In this document: positions 40,740-49,466 of the stretch, in pieces
How positions within the stretch are numbered: position 1 is the first letter of the stretch
Layout of the letters: each line of letters opens with the position of its first letter
Source of the DNA: Bacteroidaceae bacterium
Lineage (GTDB): Bacteria; Bacteroidota; Bacteroidia; Bacteroidales; Bacteroidaceae
DNA length: 64,000 nt
Reading direction: 5' to 3'
Assembly (NCBI GenBank): GCA_017427065.1
Contig: JAFRTL010000009.1
Coordinates: 120,265 to 184,264, forward strand
Translations under genes and position numbers: made by a program
Notes under the pieces: model-generated
Databases searched by the model: none
The model's input: only the letters and a program-made list of their open reading frames with translations
What the model was told of the DNA's origin: nothing

Positions 40740-41367
40740 TGGTTTTCTTCAGTACTTGGAAACAGTCGCCCCAATACTTATTGTAGAACAGAAGCACTGC
40801 AATGATACCACAACTGATTGATGAATCTGCAATGTTGAAGATAGGACTGAAGAAGATGAAATGCTCCCCTCCTACCAAAGGCATCCATTGAGGCCAGTCT
40901 GTTTCAATCAAAGGGAAATAAAGCATATCCACCACCTTGCCATAAAGTAAGGGAGCATATCCACCACCATCGGGCAGTAGCGTAGCCATCTGTGAATAAT
41001 TACTCTCACTGAACAGTACCCCATAGAAAACACTGTCGATAATGTTTCCTATGGCACCAGCCATGATAAATGCTACACATGCGATAAATCCCCATTTCAG
41101 GTTGGCTTTCACAAATCTATAGAGCATCCAACCTATCACAGCTACAGCTGCAATGCGGAATACCGTCAAGAATAGCTTACCGAAAATCTCCATACCAAAG
41201 GCCATACCATTATTCTCGGTAAAATAGATGTAAAACCAACTCGTTACCTTCTTGAAATCATGAAGGAACATGTGGGTTTTGATATACACCTTCACGAGCT
41301 GATCAATAACCAGCACCCCGAAAATGATAAGTAGCGCCATACGGCCTTTGGTGAAAATCTTCTGCAT
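40723..41367 (-). CDS. lspA: Lipoprotein signal peptidase II
   Basis: Motifs ENNGMAFG, GAIGNIID, VVDM and IFNIADSSI. Confidence 0.94.
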   Translation of the reverse strand: MQKIFTKGRMALLIIFGVLVIDQLVKVYIKTHMFLHDFKKVTSWFYIYFTENNGMAFGMEIFGKLFLTVFRIAAVAVIGWMLYRFVKANLKWGFIACVAFIMAGAIGNIIDSVFYGVLFSESNYSQMATLLPDGGGYAPLLYGKVVDMLYFPLIETDWPQWMPLVGGEHFIFFSPIFNIADSSISCGIIAVLLFYNKYWGDCFQVLKKTNEGKE

Positions 41368-41376
41368 TTTCTCCTT

Positions 41377-41757
41377 TTACTTATTATTCATATTCTTGGC
41401 CTCTATGCTGAGTGTAGCATGAGGAACAGCACGCAGACGGTCGGCAGGGATAAGCTTACCGGTCACACGGCAGATACCGTATGTCTTATTCTCAATGCGC
41501 ACCAATGCTGCCTGCAAGTTCTGGATAAACTTCAGCTGACGAGCAGCAAGACGGGTAGTTTCCTCTTTGTTCAACGTGTTGGCACCCTCTTCCATTACTT
41601 TATAAGTAGGAGAAGTATCGTCCACGTCATTGCCGTCCTGACCAGTCAAGCTGTCTTTCAACATTTTATAATCGCGCTTGGCAATTTCCAACTTGTCCAG
41701 AATAATCTGTCTAAATTCTTCTAACTCAGCATCTGAGTATCTTACTCTTTCTGTCAT
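41377..41757 (-). CDS. dksA: TraR/DksA family regulator
   Basis: ALVRIENKTYGICRVTGKLIPADRLRAVPHA; ileS-dksA-lspA order. Confidence 0.88.
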   Translation of the reverse strand: MTERVRYSDAELEEFRQIILDKLEIAKRDYKMLKDSLTGQDGNDVDDTSPTYKVMEEGANTLNKEETTRLAARQLKFIQNLQAALVRIENKTYGICRVTGKLIPADRLRAVPHATLSIEAKNMNNK

Positions 41758-41805
41758 AATTGTCAGTGTTTAATGGTTTAGTAATTATTTTTAAGGTCAC
41801 AATTT

Positions 41806-44800
41806 TCAACATTTACTGATATTGATCTGCAACTTGAACTCATCTAAGTCGAGTTCAGTAGCATCCTCTACATGATCAGCTAAGGTAAGTGAATTACCCA
41901 ACACCTGATTGCAGATGTAGTCGCGGAAAGTCTCCACAGCGGCATCGCTGTGCTCATTCTTTGACAATACAATATCAATTTTATCTGTAATCTCCAGGCC
42001 GCTGCTCTTACGCAGGTTCTGGATACGATTAACCAACTCGCGGGCTATGCCTTCTTGACGCAACTCCTCAGTGATAGTCACCTCCAAAGCTACAGTCAAC
42101 TTACCTTCGTTAGCTACCAACCATCCTGGAATATCTTCGCTGAAGATTTCCACATCGCTGGTTTCAATCTTCGCCTCACTACCATCAATCATAAAGGTAA
42201 AGAAGCCCTGATCCTCAAAGGTAGCGATATCTTCCTGACTCATTTGTTGCACGGCAGCAGCTACACCCTTCATCAGTTTGCCAAACTTAGGTCCCAGTTT
42301 CTTGAAGTCGCATTTCACGCGCTTCACCAAGATGCCTGATGCATCGTCCACGAACTTCACTTCCTTCACGTTCACCTCGTTCTGAATAAGGTTCTTCACT
42401 GCCTCAATATGAGCACGCTGTTCCTCGTCAGTTACAGGAATCATTACGCTCTGTAGTGGCTGGCGTACTTTGATATTCACCTTACGGCGAAGGGCTAGAA
42501 CCATAGAAGTAATCTTCTGTGCTGCTTCCATACGTGCTTCTAATTCCTTATTAATCAACGTATCATCAGCCTTAGGGAATTCTACCAGATGCACAGAAAG
42601 GGCCTTATTCTTTCGAGCCTCACACAGACCTGCATTTAAGTCCAAGAAGAGCTGGTCAGCATAGAATGGAGCCAATGGAGCCAACAATTTAGCCACTGTT
42701 TCCAAACAGGTAAAGAGTGTCTGATAAGCACTGAGCTTATCCTGTGTCATACCACCACCCCAGAAACGTTTACGATTCAGACGCACGTACCAGTTGCTCA
42801 GATTATCGTTCACAAACGTATCTATCAATCTTCCAGCACGTGTAGGATCATAATCCGCAAACTCGGCATCTACGCCCTTTATCAGCGTGTGGAGTTCAGA
42901 AAGGATCCAACGATCAATTTCTGGACGCTCTTCCAACTTCACATCTGGCTCCGAATAGTCGAAACCATCTACATTGGCATAGAGAGCGAAGAAGGAATAC
43001 GTATTATATAAGGTGCCAAACAGCTTGCGACGAACCTCATCTACACCTTCAGGATCAAACTTCAGATTGTCCCAAGGCTCAGAGTTGGTCATCATATAGA
43101 AACGTACAGCATCTGCACCATATTTTTCAATCATTTCAAACGGATTCACCACATTGCCCACGTGCTTAGACATTTTATTGCCCTTAGCATCGAGTACCAA
43201 ACCTGTAGAGATCACGTTCTTGAAAGAAATGCTGTCGAATACCATTGTGGCAATGGCATGCAAGGTAAAGAACCAACCGCGCGTCTGATCCACACCCTCG
43301 TTGATAAAGTCTGCTGGAAAAGCCAAACCTTTATCGATCATCTCTTTGTTCTCGAATGGATAGTGGATTTGTGCGTATGGCATAGAGCCAGAGTCAAACC
43401 AAACATCAATCAAGTCTGCCTCACGTTGCATTGGTTTGCCAGTCTTGCTTACCAATACGATGTTGTCCACATACGGACGATGCAGGTCTATCTTGTTATA
43501 ATTGTCCTGACTCATATCGCCAGGCACGAAGCCTTTATCCTTCAGCGGATTGCTCTGCATCACGCCAGCCTTTACACTCTTCTCGATCTCTGCATAAAGC
43601 TCTTCCAAAGAACCAATACAGATTTCCTCGCCATCCTCATCGCGCCAGATAGGTAGCGGAGTGCCCCAGAAACGAGAACGAGAAAGGTTCCAGTCGTTCA
43701 GATTCTCCAGCCAGTTGCCAAAGCGACCTGTACCTGTACTTTCTGGATGCCAATTAATGGTATGGTTCAGCTCCACCATACGGTCTTTCTTGGCAGTACT
43801 GCGGATAAACCAGCTATCCAATGGATAATATAGTACAGGCTTGTCCGTACGCCAGCAGTGTGGATAGTTGTGTACATGCTTCTCTATCTTGAAGGCAATA
43901 CCCTCCTGCTTCATTTCCATGCAGATCACGATGTTCAGGTCTTCAGCCTTATTGGCAGCCTTCTCATCATACTTACCATCCACATTGAATTCTGGAGCGT
44001 AAGCATTCTTCACATAGTCACCTGCATGACGGCTATAGCCCTCTACATTCACACAAGACTTCACAAAGTTATCGTCAAGCTCCTCCATCACGTAGTACTT
44101 ACCCTGTAAGTCCACCATCGGACGAGTTTCACCTTTCTTATTAATAAGGAAGAGTGCAGGCACTTCAGCATCTTTGGCCACCTTGGCATCATCAGCACCA
44201 AAGGTAGGCGCAATGTGTACGATACCAGAACCATCATCTGTCGTCACATAATCGCCAGGGATCACGCGGAAAGCGCATTCCTCCATCTCCACGAAACGGT
44301 CCTTACCATTCTCACCTACGAATACTTTTTCAGGATGAGCTGCAGCATATTGTTTCACGAAATCAGGCGCATTGCCATCCAGTTTCTGTGAAGGTTTCAC
44401 CCAAGGCATCAGTTGCTTGTACTTCATGCCCACCAATTCAGGTCCCATATATTCACCGACGATGCGGTAAGGCACCACCTTGTCGCCATGCTTATAATCC
44501 TCCAATGGCAGATCCTTACCCTCTGGTTTCAGATAAGCATTCACCAGAGCTTCCGCCATCACGATGGTGATAGGTTCATCGTTGTAGATATTGTAAGTCT
44601 GAACGGCCACATACTTGATCTTAGGACCAACGCAGAGCGCTGTATTAGAAGGCAATGTCCAAGGGGTCGTTGTCCAAGCTACGAAGTAAGGCTTGCCCCA
44701 CTTGGTCCACTCCTCTTTTGGATTGAGAGCCTCGAAAAGAGCGGTTACTGTGGTATCCTTCACATCGCGATAGCAACCGGGTTGGTTCAATTCATGACTG

Positions 44801-45390
44801 GAAAGACCAGTACCTGCACCTGGAGAATAAGGCTGAATGGTATAGCCCTTATAGAGCAATCCCTTGTCGTAAAGCTGACGAAGCAACCACCACAAAGTCT
44901 CGATGTACTTATTGTCGTAAGTGATATAAGGATTGTCCAAATCCACGAAGTAACCCATACGTTCTGTCAAATCACGCCACTCGGCAGTGAATTTCATCAC
45001 GTTTTCGCGACAACGGAGGTTGTAATCCTCCACGGAGATATACTTCTCGCTCTCCTTATTGTCGATATCCTTCTTCGTGATACCTAGTTCCTTCTCCACG
45101 CCAAGCTCCACAGGCAGTCCGTGTGTATCCCAACCAGCTTTGCGCTTCACCTGGAAGCCCTTCATGGTCTTGTATCGGTTGAAGGTATCCTTGATGCTAC
45201 GTGCCAGCACATGATGAATGCCAGGATGTCCATTGGCAGATGGAGGTCCCTCATAGAACACAAACTGCGGGCAACCCTCGCGCTCGTCGATCGACTTATG
45301 GAACACATCGTTCTTCTGCCAATCCGCCAGCACCTTATTGTTAACTTCAGTAAGATTCAGTCCTTTATATTCAGCAAATTTCTTGCTCAT
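41806..45390 (-). CDS. ileS: Isoleucine--tRNA ligase (type 2)
   Basis: Motifs EGPPSANGHPGIHH, GWDTHGLPVE, WTTTPWTLP, DQTRGWF and KMSKH. Confidence 0.98.
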   Translation of the reverse strand: MSKKFAEYKGLNLTEVNNKVLADWQKNDVFHKSIDEREGCPQFVFYEGPPSANGHPGIHHVLARSIKDTFNRYKTMKGFQVKRKAGWDTHGLPVELGVEKELGITKKDIDNKESEKYISVEDYNLRCRENVMKFTAEWRDLTERMGYFVDLDNPYITYDNKYIETLWWLLRQLYDKGLLYKGYTIQPYSPGAGTGLSSHELNQPGCYRDVKDTTVTALFEALNPKEEWTKWGKPYFVAWTTTPWTLPSNTALCVGPKIKYVAVQTYNIYNDEPITIVMAEALVNAYLKPEGKDLPLEDYKHGDKVVPYRIVGEYMGPELVGMKYKQLMPWVKPSQKLDGNAPDFVKQYAAAHPEKVFVGENGKDRFVEMEECAFRVIPGDYVTTDDGSGIVHIAPTFGADDAKVAKDAEVPALFLINKKGETRPMVDLQGKYYVMEELDDNFVKSCVNVEGYSRHAGDYVKNAYAPEFNVDGKYDEKAANKAEDLNIVICMEMKQEGIAFKIEKHVHNYPHCWRTDKPVLYYPLDSWFIRSTAKKDRMVELNHTINWHPESTGTGRFGNWLENLNDWNLSRSRFWGTPLPIWRDEDGEEICIGSLEELYAEIEKSVKAGVMQSNPLKDKGFVPGDMSQDNYNKIDLHRPYVDNIVLVSKTGKPMQREADLIDVWFDSGSMPYAQIHYPFENKEMIDKGLAFPADFINEGVDQTRGWFFTLHAIATMVFDSISFKNVISTGLVLDAKGNKMSKHVGNVVNPFEMIEKYGADAVRFYMMTNSEPWDNLKFDPEGVDEVRRKLFGTLYNTYSFFALYANVDGFDYSEPDVKLEERPEIDRWILSELHTLIKGVDAEFADYDPTRAGRLIDTFVNDNLSNWYVRLNRKRFWGGGMTQDKLSAYQTLFTCLETVAKLLAPLAPFYADQLFLDLNAGLCEARKNKALSVHLVEFPKADDTLINKELEARMEAAQKITSMVLALRRKVNIKVRQPLQSVMIPVTDEEQRAHIEAVKNLIQNEVNVKEVKFVDDASGILVKRVKCDFKKLGPKFGKLMKGVAAAVQQMSQEDIATFEDQGFFTFMIDGSEAKIETSDVEIFSEDIPGWLVANEGKLTVALEVTITEELRQEGIARELVNRIQNLRKSSGLEITDKIDIVLSKNEHSDAAVETFRDYICNQVLGNSLTLADHVEDATELDLDEFKLQINISKC

Positions 45391-45460
45391 ATCTCATTTT
45401 GGTTATGTATTATTTGCACATTCTCATGCCGTTTCTCGACATAAGTTCATTATTAAGGCG

Positions 45461-45468
45461 CAAATATA
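45461..45468 (-). promoter_or_regulatory. -7 promoter box (TATATTTG) for the ileS operon
   Basis: TAnnTTTG about 70 nt upstream of ileS. Confidence 0.55.
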
Positions 45469-45551
45469 CAAAATCTTTCTCAATAAACAGCAAAATAAAA
45501 ACAGATAAAAGCTATGAGATTATTTTTTCGTGAAATGACGTATTTCCTATC

Positions 45552-45717
45552 TGCATATTTATGCAGAAATTCTCTGAAAATCTACATATACCCTCTTTTA
45601 ATCGCTCTAACTAGCAAAAATTATTTTCCTAGTTAGGAAAAAATATTTTCTGTGCACAGGAACTAATTTTTCTGTGCGTTACAATTATTATTTTCCCCCT
45701 TTATGTATATTTATGCA
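45552..45717. repeat. TGTATATTTATGCA-box element with 22-bp-periodic array (copy 3)
   Basis: Boxes at 45552-45565 and 45704-45717 (152 bp apart); cores ctaactag, ctagttag, ctgtgcacag and ctgtgcgtta spaced 22 bp with aaaaa-tatttt linkers. Confidence 0.75.
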
Positions 45718-45968
45718 AAAACTGGGAAATATGCGAAAACGGCCATGCACAGGATTCTAGCAAATAGATTGGTTACGGCAAAGCATAACTTAGCCGTAAC
45801 TAAACCCGTAGTTTGCCTACTTCAAACCTATTACTAGTCAAAAAAGTACAAGAAAATGCGCTTTTTGCATGCTAATACAATATGATTTATAATATATTTC
45901 TTGAATTAGCGACGTTTTTTTTTGAATAATAAATGGCGAATTATTTGCAAACCGTAGTTTTAGTGTTG

Positions 45969-45976
45969 TATCTTTG
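45969..45976 (+). promoter_or_regulatory. -7 promoter box (TATCTTTG) upstream of the VapE-type element
   Basis: TAnnTTTG about 50 nt before the left inverted end. Confidence 0.55.
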
Positions 45977-46028
45977 CATCCGATCTTGAGAAGACGAAAG
46001 ACGTCGCGTTGTAGTAGCTACGGCTCTG

Positions 46029-46133
46029 TTTTACTCCTCACACTTCACAAGAGGTACTCAATCACTTGTGAGTCAAGGACTAACGAGTGTGAAGTGTTGG
46101 CGCGCACACTTCACAACACTTCACGCTTCTTGC
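46029..46133 (+). repeat. Left inverted end of the VapE-type element (4 x ACACTTCAC boxes)
   Basis: Boxes at 46040, 46089 (inverted), 46106 and 46116. Confidence 0.85.
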
Positions 46134-46212
46134 CCTCGAGATGTAATATATTAACATTCCGCAAGGCAAAACTAAACCTTTAAAACTATTAAATGGAAAC
46201 AGAAAATTAACC

Positions 46213-47370
46213 ATGAGTGAGGCAGTTTTCGAAGCAGAGAGCTTCCTCAGTGAGAACTACGAATTCCGTCGTAATGTATTGAACGGCAAAACTGAAATGA
46301 AACCCATGAAAACAGAAGATGCTAAATGGGACATCATGACAGATGTAATCCTCAATTCCATTATCCTTCGCGCAAAGAAAGAGGATATAGGAGGCAACCT
46401 TGTGCAAGGTATCATACAGCAGATTGTGCATTCTGAAAGCATCCCAGAATGGAATCCTGTGATTTACTATCTGGAGCATCTGCCCGTATGGGATAAGCAG
46501 AACCATGTGGCAAAACTCTTCGAGCGTATTCCAGGGCTTACCAGTGAGCAACTTTCATGGTGCAGCACATGGCTTCGCTCTGCTGTGGCACATTGGCTAG
46601 GTATTGACAGGCTTCATGGCAATGAAAGTGTCCCTATCCTCATTGGTAAACAAGGGTGTGGAAAATCCACGTTTGCTGTGCGTCTGCTACCTCCTGAACT
46701 GAGGGAATACTATCTAGATCATATCAATTTCGGGAACAAGTTCGATAGTGATATGGCCCTGACACACAATCTGCTGGTGAATATCGATGAGTTTGCCAAT
46801 ATGGGAGCCTCGCAGCAAGGGAAACTGAAACAGACGCTCTCGAGAGTGAAAGTTAATGGACGTCCCATTTTTGGAAAGAGTCAGGAAGACCGTCCTCGCT
46901 ATGCTTCCTTCCTGGCCACTACCAACGATGAACACCCACTCTGTGATGTCACTGGAAGTCGTCGCTATCTATGCCTGCAGATTCCGAATGGCCAGTTCAT
47001 TGACAATGAGACGCCTATCGACTACCCACAGCTCTATGCCCAACTGGTTTATGAACTCCGAGAGCAGCAGGTACCCTATTGGTTCAGCAACGATGAAGTG
47101 GAGCGTATTCAGCAGGTGAATCTTCCTTTCTTTAAGAGCGATGATTTGGAAACCATGATCTCCTGCTGCTTCCGTGTGCCTTCAGAAACAGAAGAAGGCC
47201 GCTGGATGCTCTGCAAAGAGGTGTTCGAGGAGTTGCAAGAACAGTTCCCTGCACTGATATGCGACCATTCCACCAAAGTGAAGATTGGGCAGGCCCTCCG
47301 CTTTATGGGATGTGCCTCCCAGCATAGTCGCAATGGCCAGATTTACCAGCTTATCAGCAAGAGGGCTTAA
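46213..47370 (+). CDS. VapE/VirE-like P-loop ATPase (putative SF3-type helicase) with DUF3874-like C-terminus
   Basis: Walker A GKQGCGKST, Walker B LVNIDEF, ASFLATTN, DVTGSRRY and PIDYPQLYAQL..YWFS. Confidence 0.85.
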   Translation: MSEAVFEAESFLSENYEFRRNVLNGKTEMKPMKTEDAKWDIMTDVILNSIILRAKKEDIGGNLVQGIIQQIVHSESIPEWNPVIYYLEHLPVWDKQNHVAKLFERIPGLTSEQLSWCSTWLRSAVAHWLGIDRLHGNESVPILIGKQGCGKSTFAVRLLPPELREYYLDHINFGNKFDSDMALTHNLLVNIDEFANMGASQQGKLKQTLSRVKVNGRPIFGKSQEDRPRYASFLATTNDEHPLCDVTGSRRYLCLQIPNGQFIDNETPIDYPQLYAQLVYELREQQVPYWFSNDEVERIQQVNLPFFKSDDLETMISCCFRVPSETEEGRWMLCKEVFEELQEQFPALICDHSTKVKIGQALRFMGCASQHSRNGQIYQLISKRA

Positions 47371-47376
47371 CAAGTA

Positions 47377-47480
47377 GCAAGTGTGTGAAGTGTTGTGAAG
47401 TGTTTACGACAACACTTCACACTAATAAACTGCTATAAATAAGGAACTTAAATACCATCTGTGAAGTGTGAAGACTAAAA
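47377..47480 (-). repeat. Right inverted end of the VapE-type element
   Basis: Its reverse complement aligns without gaps to 46029-46124, with all four boxes conserved. Confidence 0.85.
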
Positions 47481-47639
47481 TCGAAGCATAGGTATGATGA
47501 AGGATTGCGTTGGATTCTTTTGCAATTCTAATAACAATTATTTATATTTGCAAAGAGAAACCTTAACTCATTTGTAAACCACCTATAGGTCTTGGTAGAG
47601 ACCTGAGCTTCGGCTCAAATTAAACTCCACCTTTTTAAT

Positions 47640-49466
47640 ATGAGAAGAAAGATCTGGCAGACGGCAACAATGGTGTTGTGTCTGGCAATGCTGTGTCTGA
47701 CAAGTAACGTGAGTGCACAACCTCCACGCGGTCAGCAAGGCGGACCAGGCGGAGGACCACGTGGAGGAGGCGGAGGAATGACACAAAACTGGGTGCCCTA
47801 CTTCCGCTATGACAAGGCTGTCCCCGACTCTACCACTTTCAGGGAGATCATCAAGAAGTTTAAGCAGCTGACCTACCAAGATCAAGCCACTGGGCAGACG
47901 TTGGAGTATAATCTGTTCGTCCCAAAAGACTATGACGCAACGAAGAGATACCCTCTGGTGCTCTTCATGCATGATGCCAGCGTGACAGGACGTGAGGTGA
48001 CGGCCACCTTGACACAGGGACTAGGGGCTGTGGTCTGGGCCAGCGACTATGAGCAGCAGAAACATCCGTGCTTCGTGCTGGCTCCGCAATATGCCTCCAC
48101 CATCGCCAACGATCGTAGTGAGGCCAGTCCGGCCCTTGATGCTACAGTAAACCTTATCGGACAGTTGCAGCAGCAATACTCCATCGATGCAGACCGCATC
48201 TACACCACAGGACAGTCGGGTGGCTGCATGGCAAGCATTGCCCTCGACATCAAATATCCAGAACTCTTCGCTGCCTCTTACCTCTGCTCTGGGCAGTGGG
48301 AACCTACTGTGACGGAGCCCCTTGCCAAGCAGAACATCTTCATCACTGTGGCAGAGGGCGATGTACGTGCCTATCCTGGCATGAATGCCATCACGGAGTT
48401 TCTACAAGCCAAAGGGGCAACGCTGACCAAAGGCTATGTGAGTGCCCGCAGTACAGACGACCAGTTGGACTTCAAGGTGAAGGACATGCTGCGCCATCAC
48501 ACCAATATCACTTATTTAGTGCTGAGCGATGTGGTGCCTCAAGCATTGAGCAGCATGCGTGGAGCTCCTGACCACATGTGTTCGTGGCTGACCACCTATA
48601 GCATAGAGGCCATCCGCGACTGGCTTTTCAGTCAGCGCAGGGGCGTGAGTCTGGGACATCTGTTGAGAGACAAGGACAGTAAGGAAGTGCTGCTTGCAGC
48701 AGACAAGGGTGACTGGCACGGAACGGCAGAGAACTCTCTGCGCTCCATTGAGAAAGCGGTGGAGAAGCAGGCTGCCATCGTACCTATCGACGTGCAACTG
48801 ACCAAAGACGGTGAGCTGGTGGTGCTGACAGACGACTCGCTGAATAGACTGATGTACGTAGAGGGAGCTCCCGTCTACGTGAAAGACCTCACCTTGAAGG
48901 AGCTGCGCCACTATGCCTATCGGAAAAATGGCAACGACCCTTCGACAGACAAGCGGGTACCTACATTGGCAGATGCCATCGCCTTTGCTCAAGGAAAGAT
49001 TATCCTGCAAGTGAAAAACGCCACACCTTATATCAATAAGATTGCAGAAGTCGTGAAACGCCTTGGAGCAGAAAACATGGTGATGCTCAGTGGTATCACA
49101 GAGCCTACAGACACTAAGGGCCTGATGTTCATGCCTCAGGTGGACCTTGACAGTACTGGGGCTATGGACAAGTTGCAGAGTCTTCTGAATCAGAAACCTG
49201 TGGCCGTAGAGTTGCGTTTTGCAAAAGCAGACAACCCTCTGCTAAAGCAAGCCATTCAGCGCACCTTGGCTATATGCCGTGTGGCGTTCGATATCTCTGT
49301 AAAGGGGCATGCTGGTAACTTCCGTGACATGACGCACGATGATAATCCTTCAGAGCTTTTCGACCCAATGATAGCCACAGGAGCTACCATCTTCATCAGC
49401 AATGAGGTAAAGCCTTTCTCTCGCTATCTGCAGGGGAATCCTAACCTATGGAGGGCTGAGCCATGA
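47640..49466 (+). CDS. Secreted alpha/beta hydrolase (COG4099-like) fused to a GDPD-like domain
   Basis: Signal peptide, YPLVLFMHD, RIYTTGQSGG and HMCSW, then AENSLRS..DVQLTKDGELVV..PTLADAI. Confidence 0.8.
   Translation: MRRKIWQTATMVLCLAMLCLTSNVSAQPPRGQQGGPGGGPRGGGGGMTQNWVPYFRYDKAVPDSTTFREIIKKFKQLTYQDQATGQTLEYNLFVPKDYDATKRYPLVLFMHDASVTGREVTATLTQGLGAVVWASDYEQQKHPCFVLAPQYASTIANDRSEASPALDATVNLIGQLQQQYSIDADRIYTTGQSGGCMASIALDIKYPELFAASYLCSGQWEPTVTEPLAKQNIFITVAEGDVRAYPGMNAITEFLQAKGATLTKGYVSARSTDDQLDFKVKDMLRHHTNITYLVLSDVVPQALSSMRGAPDHMCSWLTTYSIEAIRDWLFSQRRGVSLGHLLRDKDSKEVLLAADKGDWHGTAENSLRSIEKAVEKQAAIVPIDVQLTKDGELVVLTDDSLNRLMYVEGAPVYVKDLTLKELRHYAYRKNGNDPSTDKRVPTLADAIAFAQGKIILQVKNATPYINKIAEVVKRLGAENMVMLSGITEPTDTKGLMFMPQVDLDSTGAMDKLQSLLNQKPVAVELRFAKADNPLLKQAIQRTLAICRVAFDISVKGHAGNFRDMTHDDNPSELFDPMIATGATIFISNEVKPFSRYLQGNPNLWRAEP

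Larger units (their letters stand above)
46029..47480. mobile_element. Putative inverted-repeat-bounded VapE element
   Basis: A single ATPase gene bracketed by about 100-bp inverted ends. No transposase or target duplication seen, so mobility is only inferred. Confidence 0.4.

Noticed and set aside
45974..46183. 69-aa ORF upstream of the VapE gene
   Set aside because: Begins within the promoter box and simply reads through the left inverted end.
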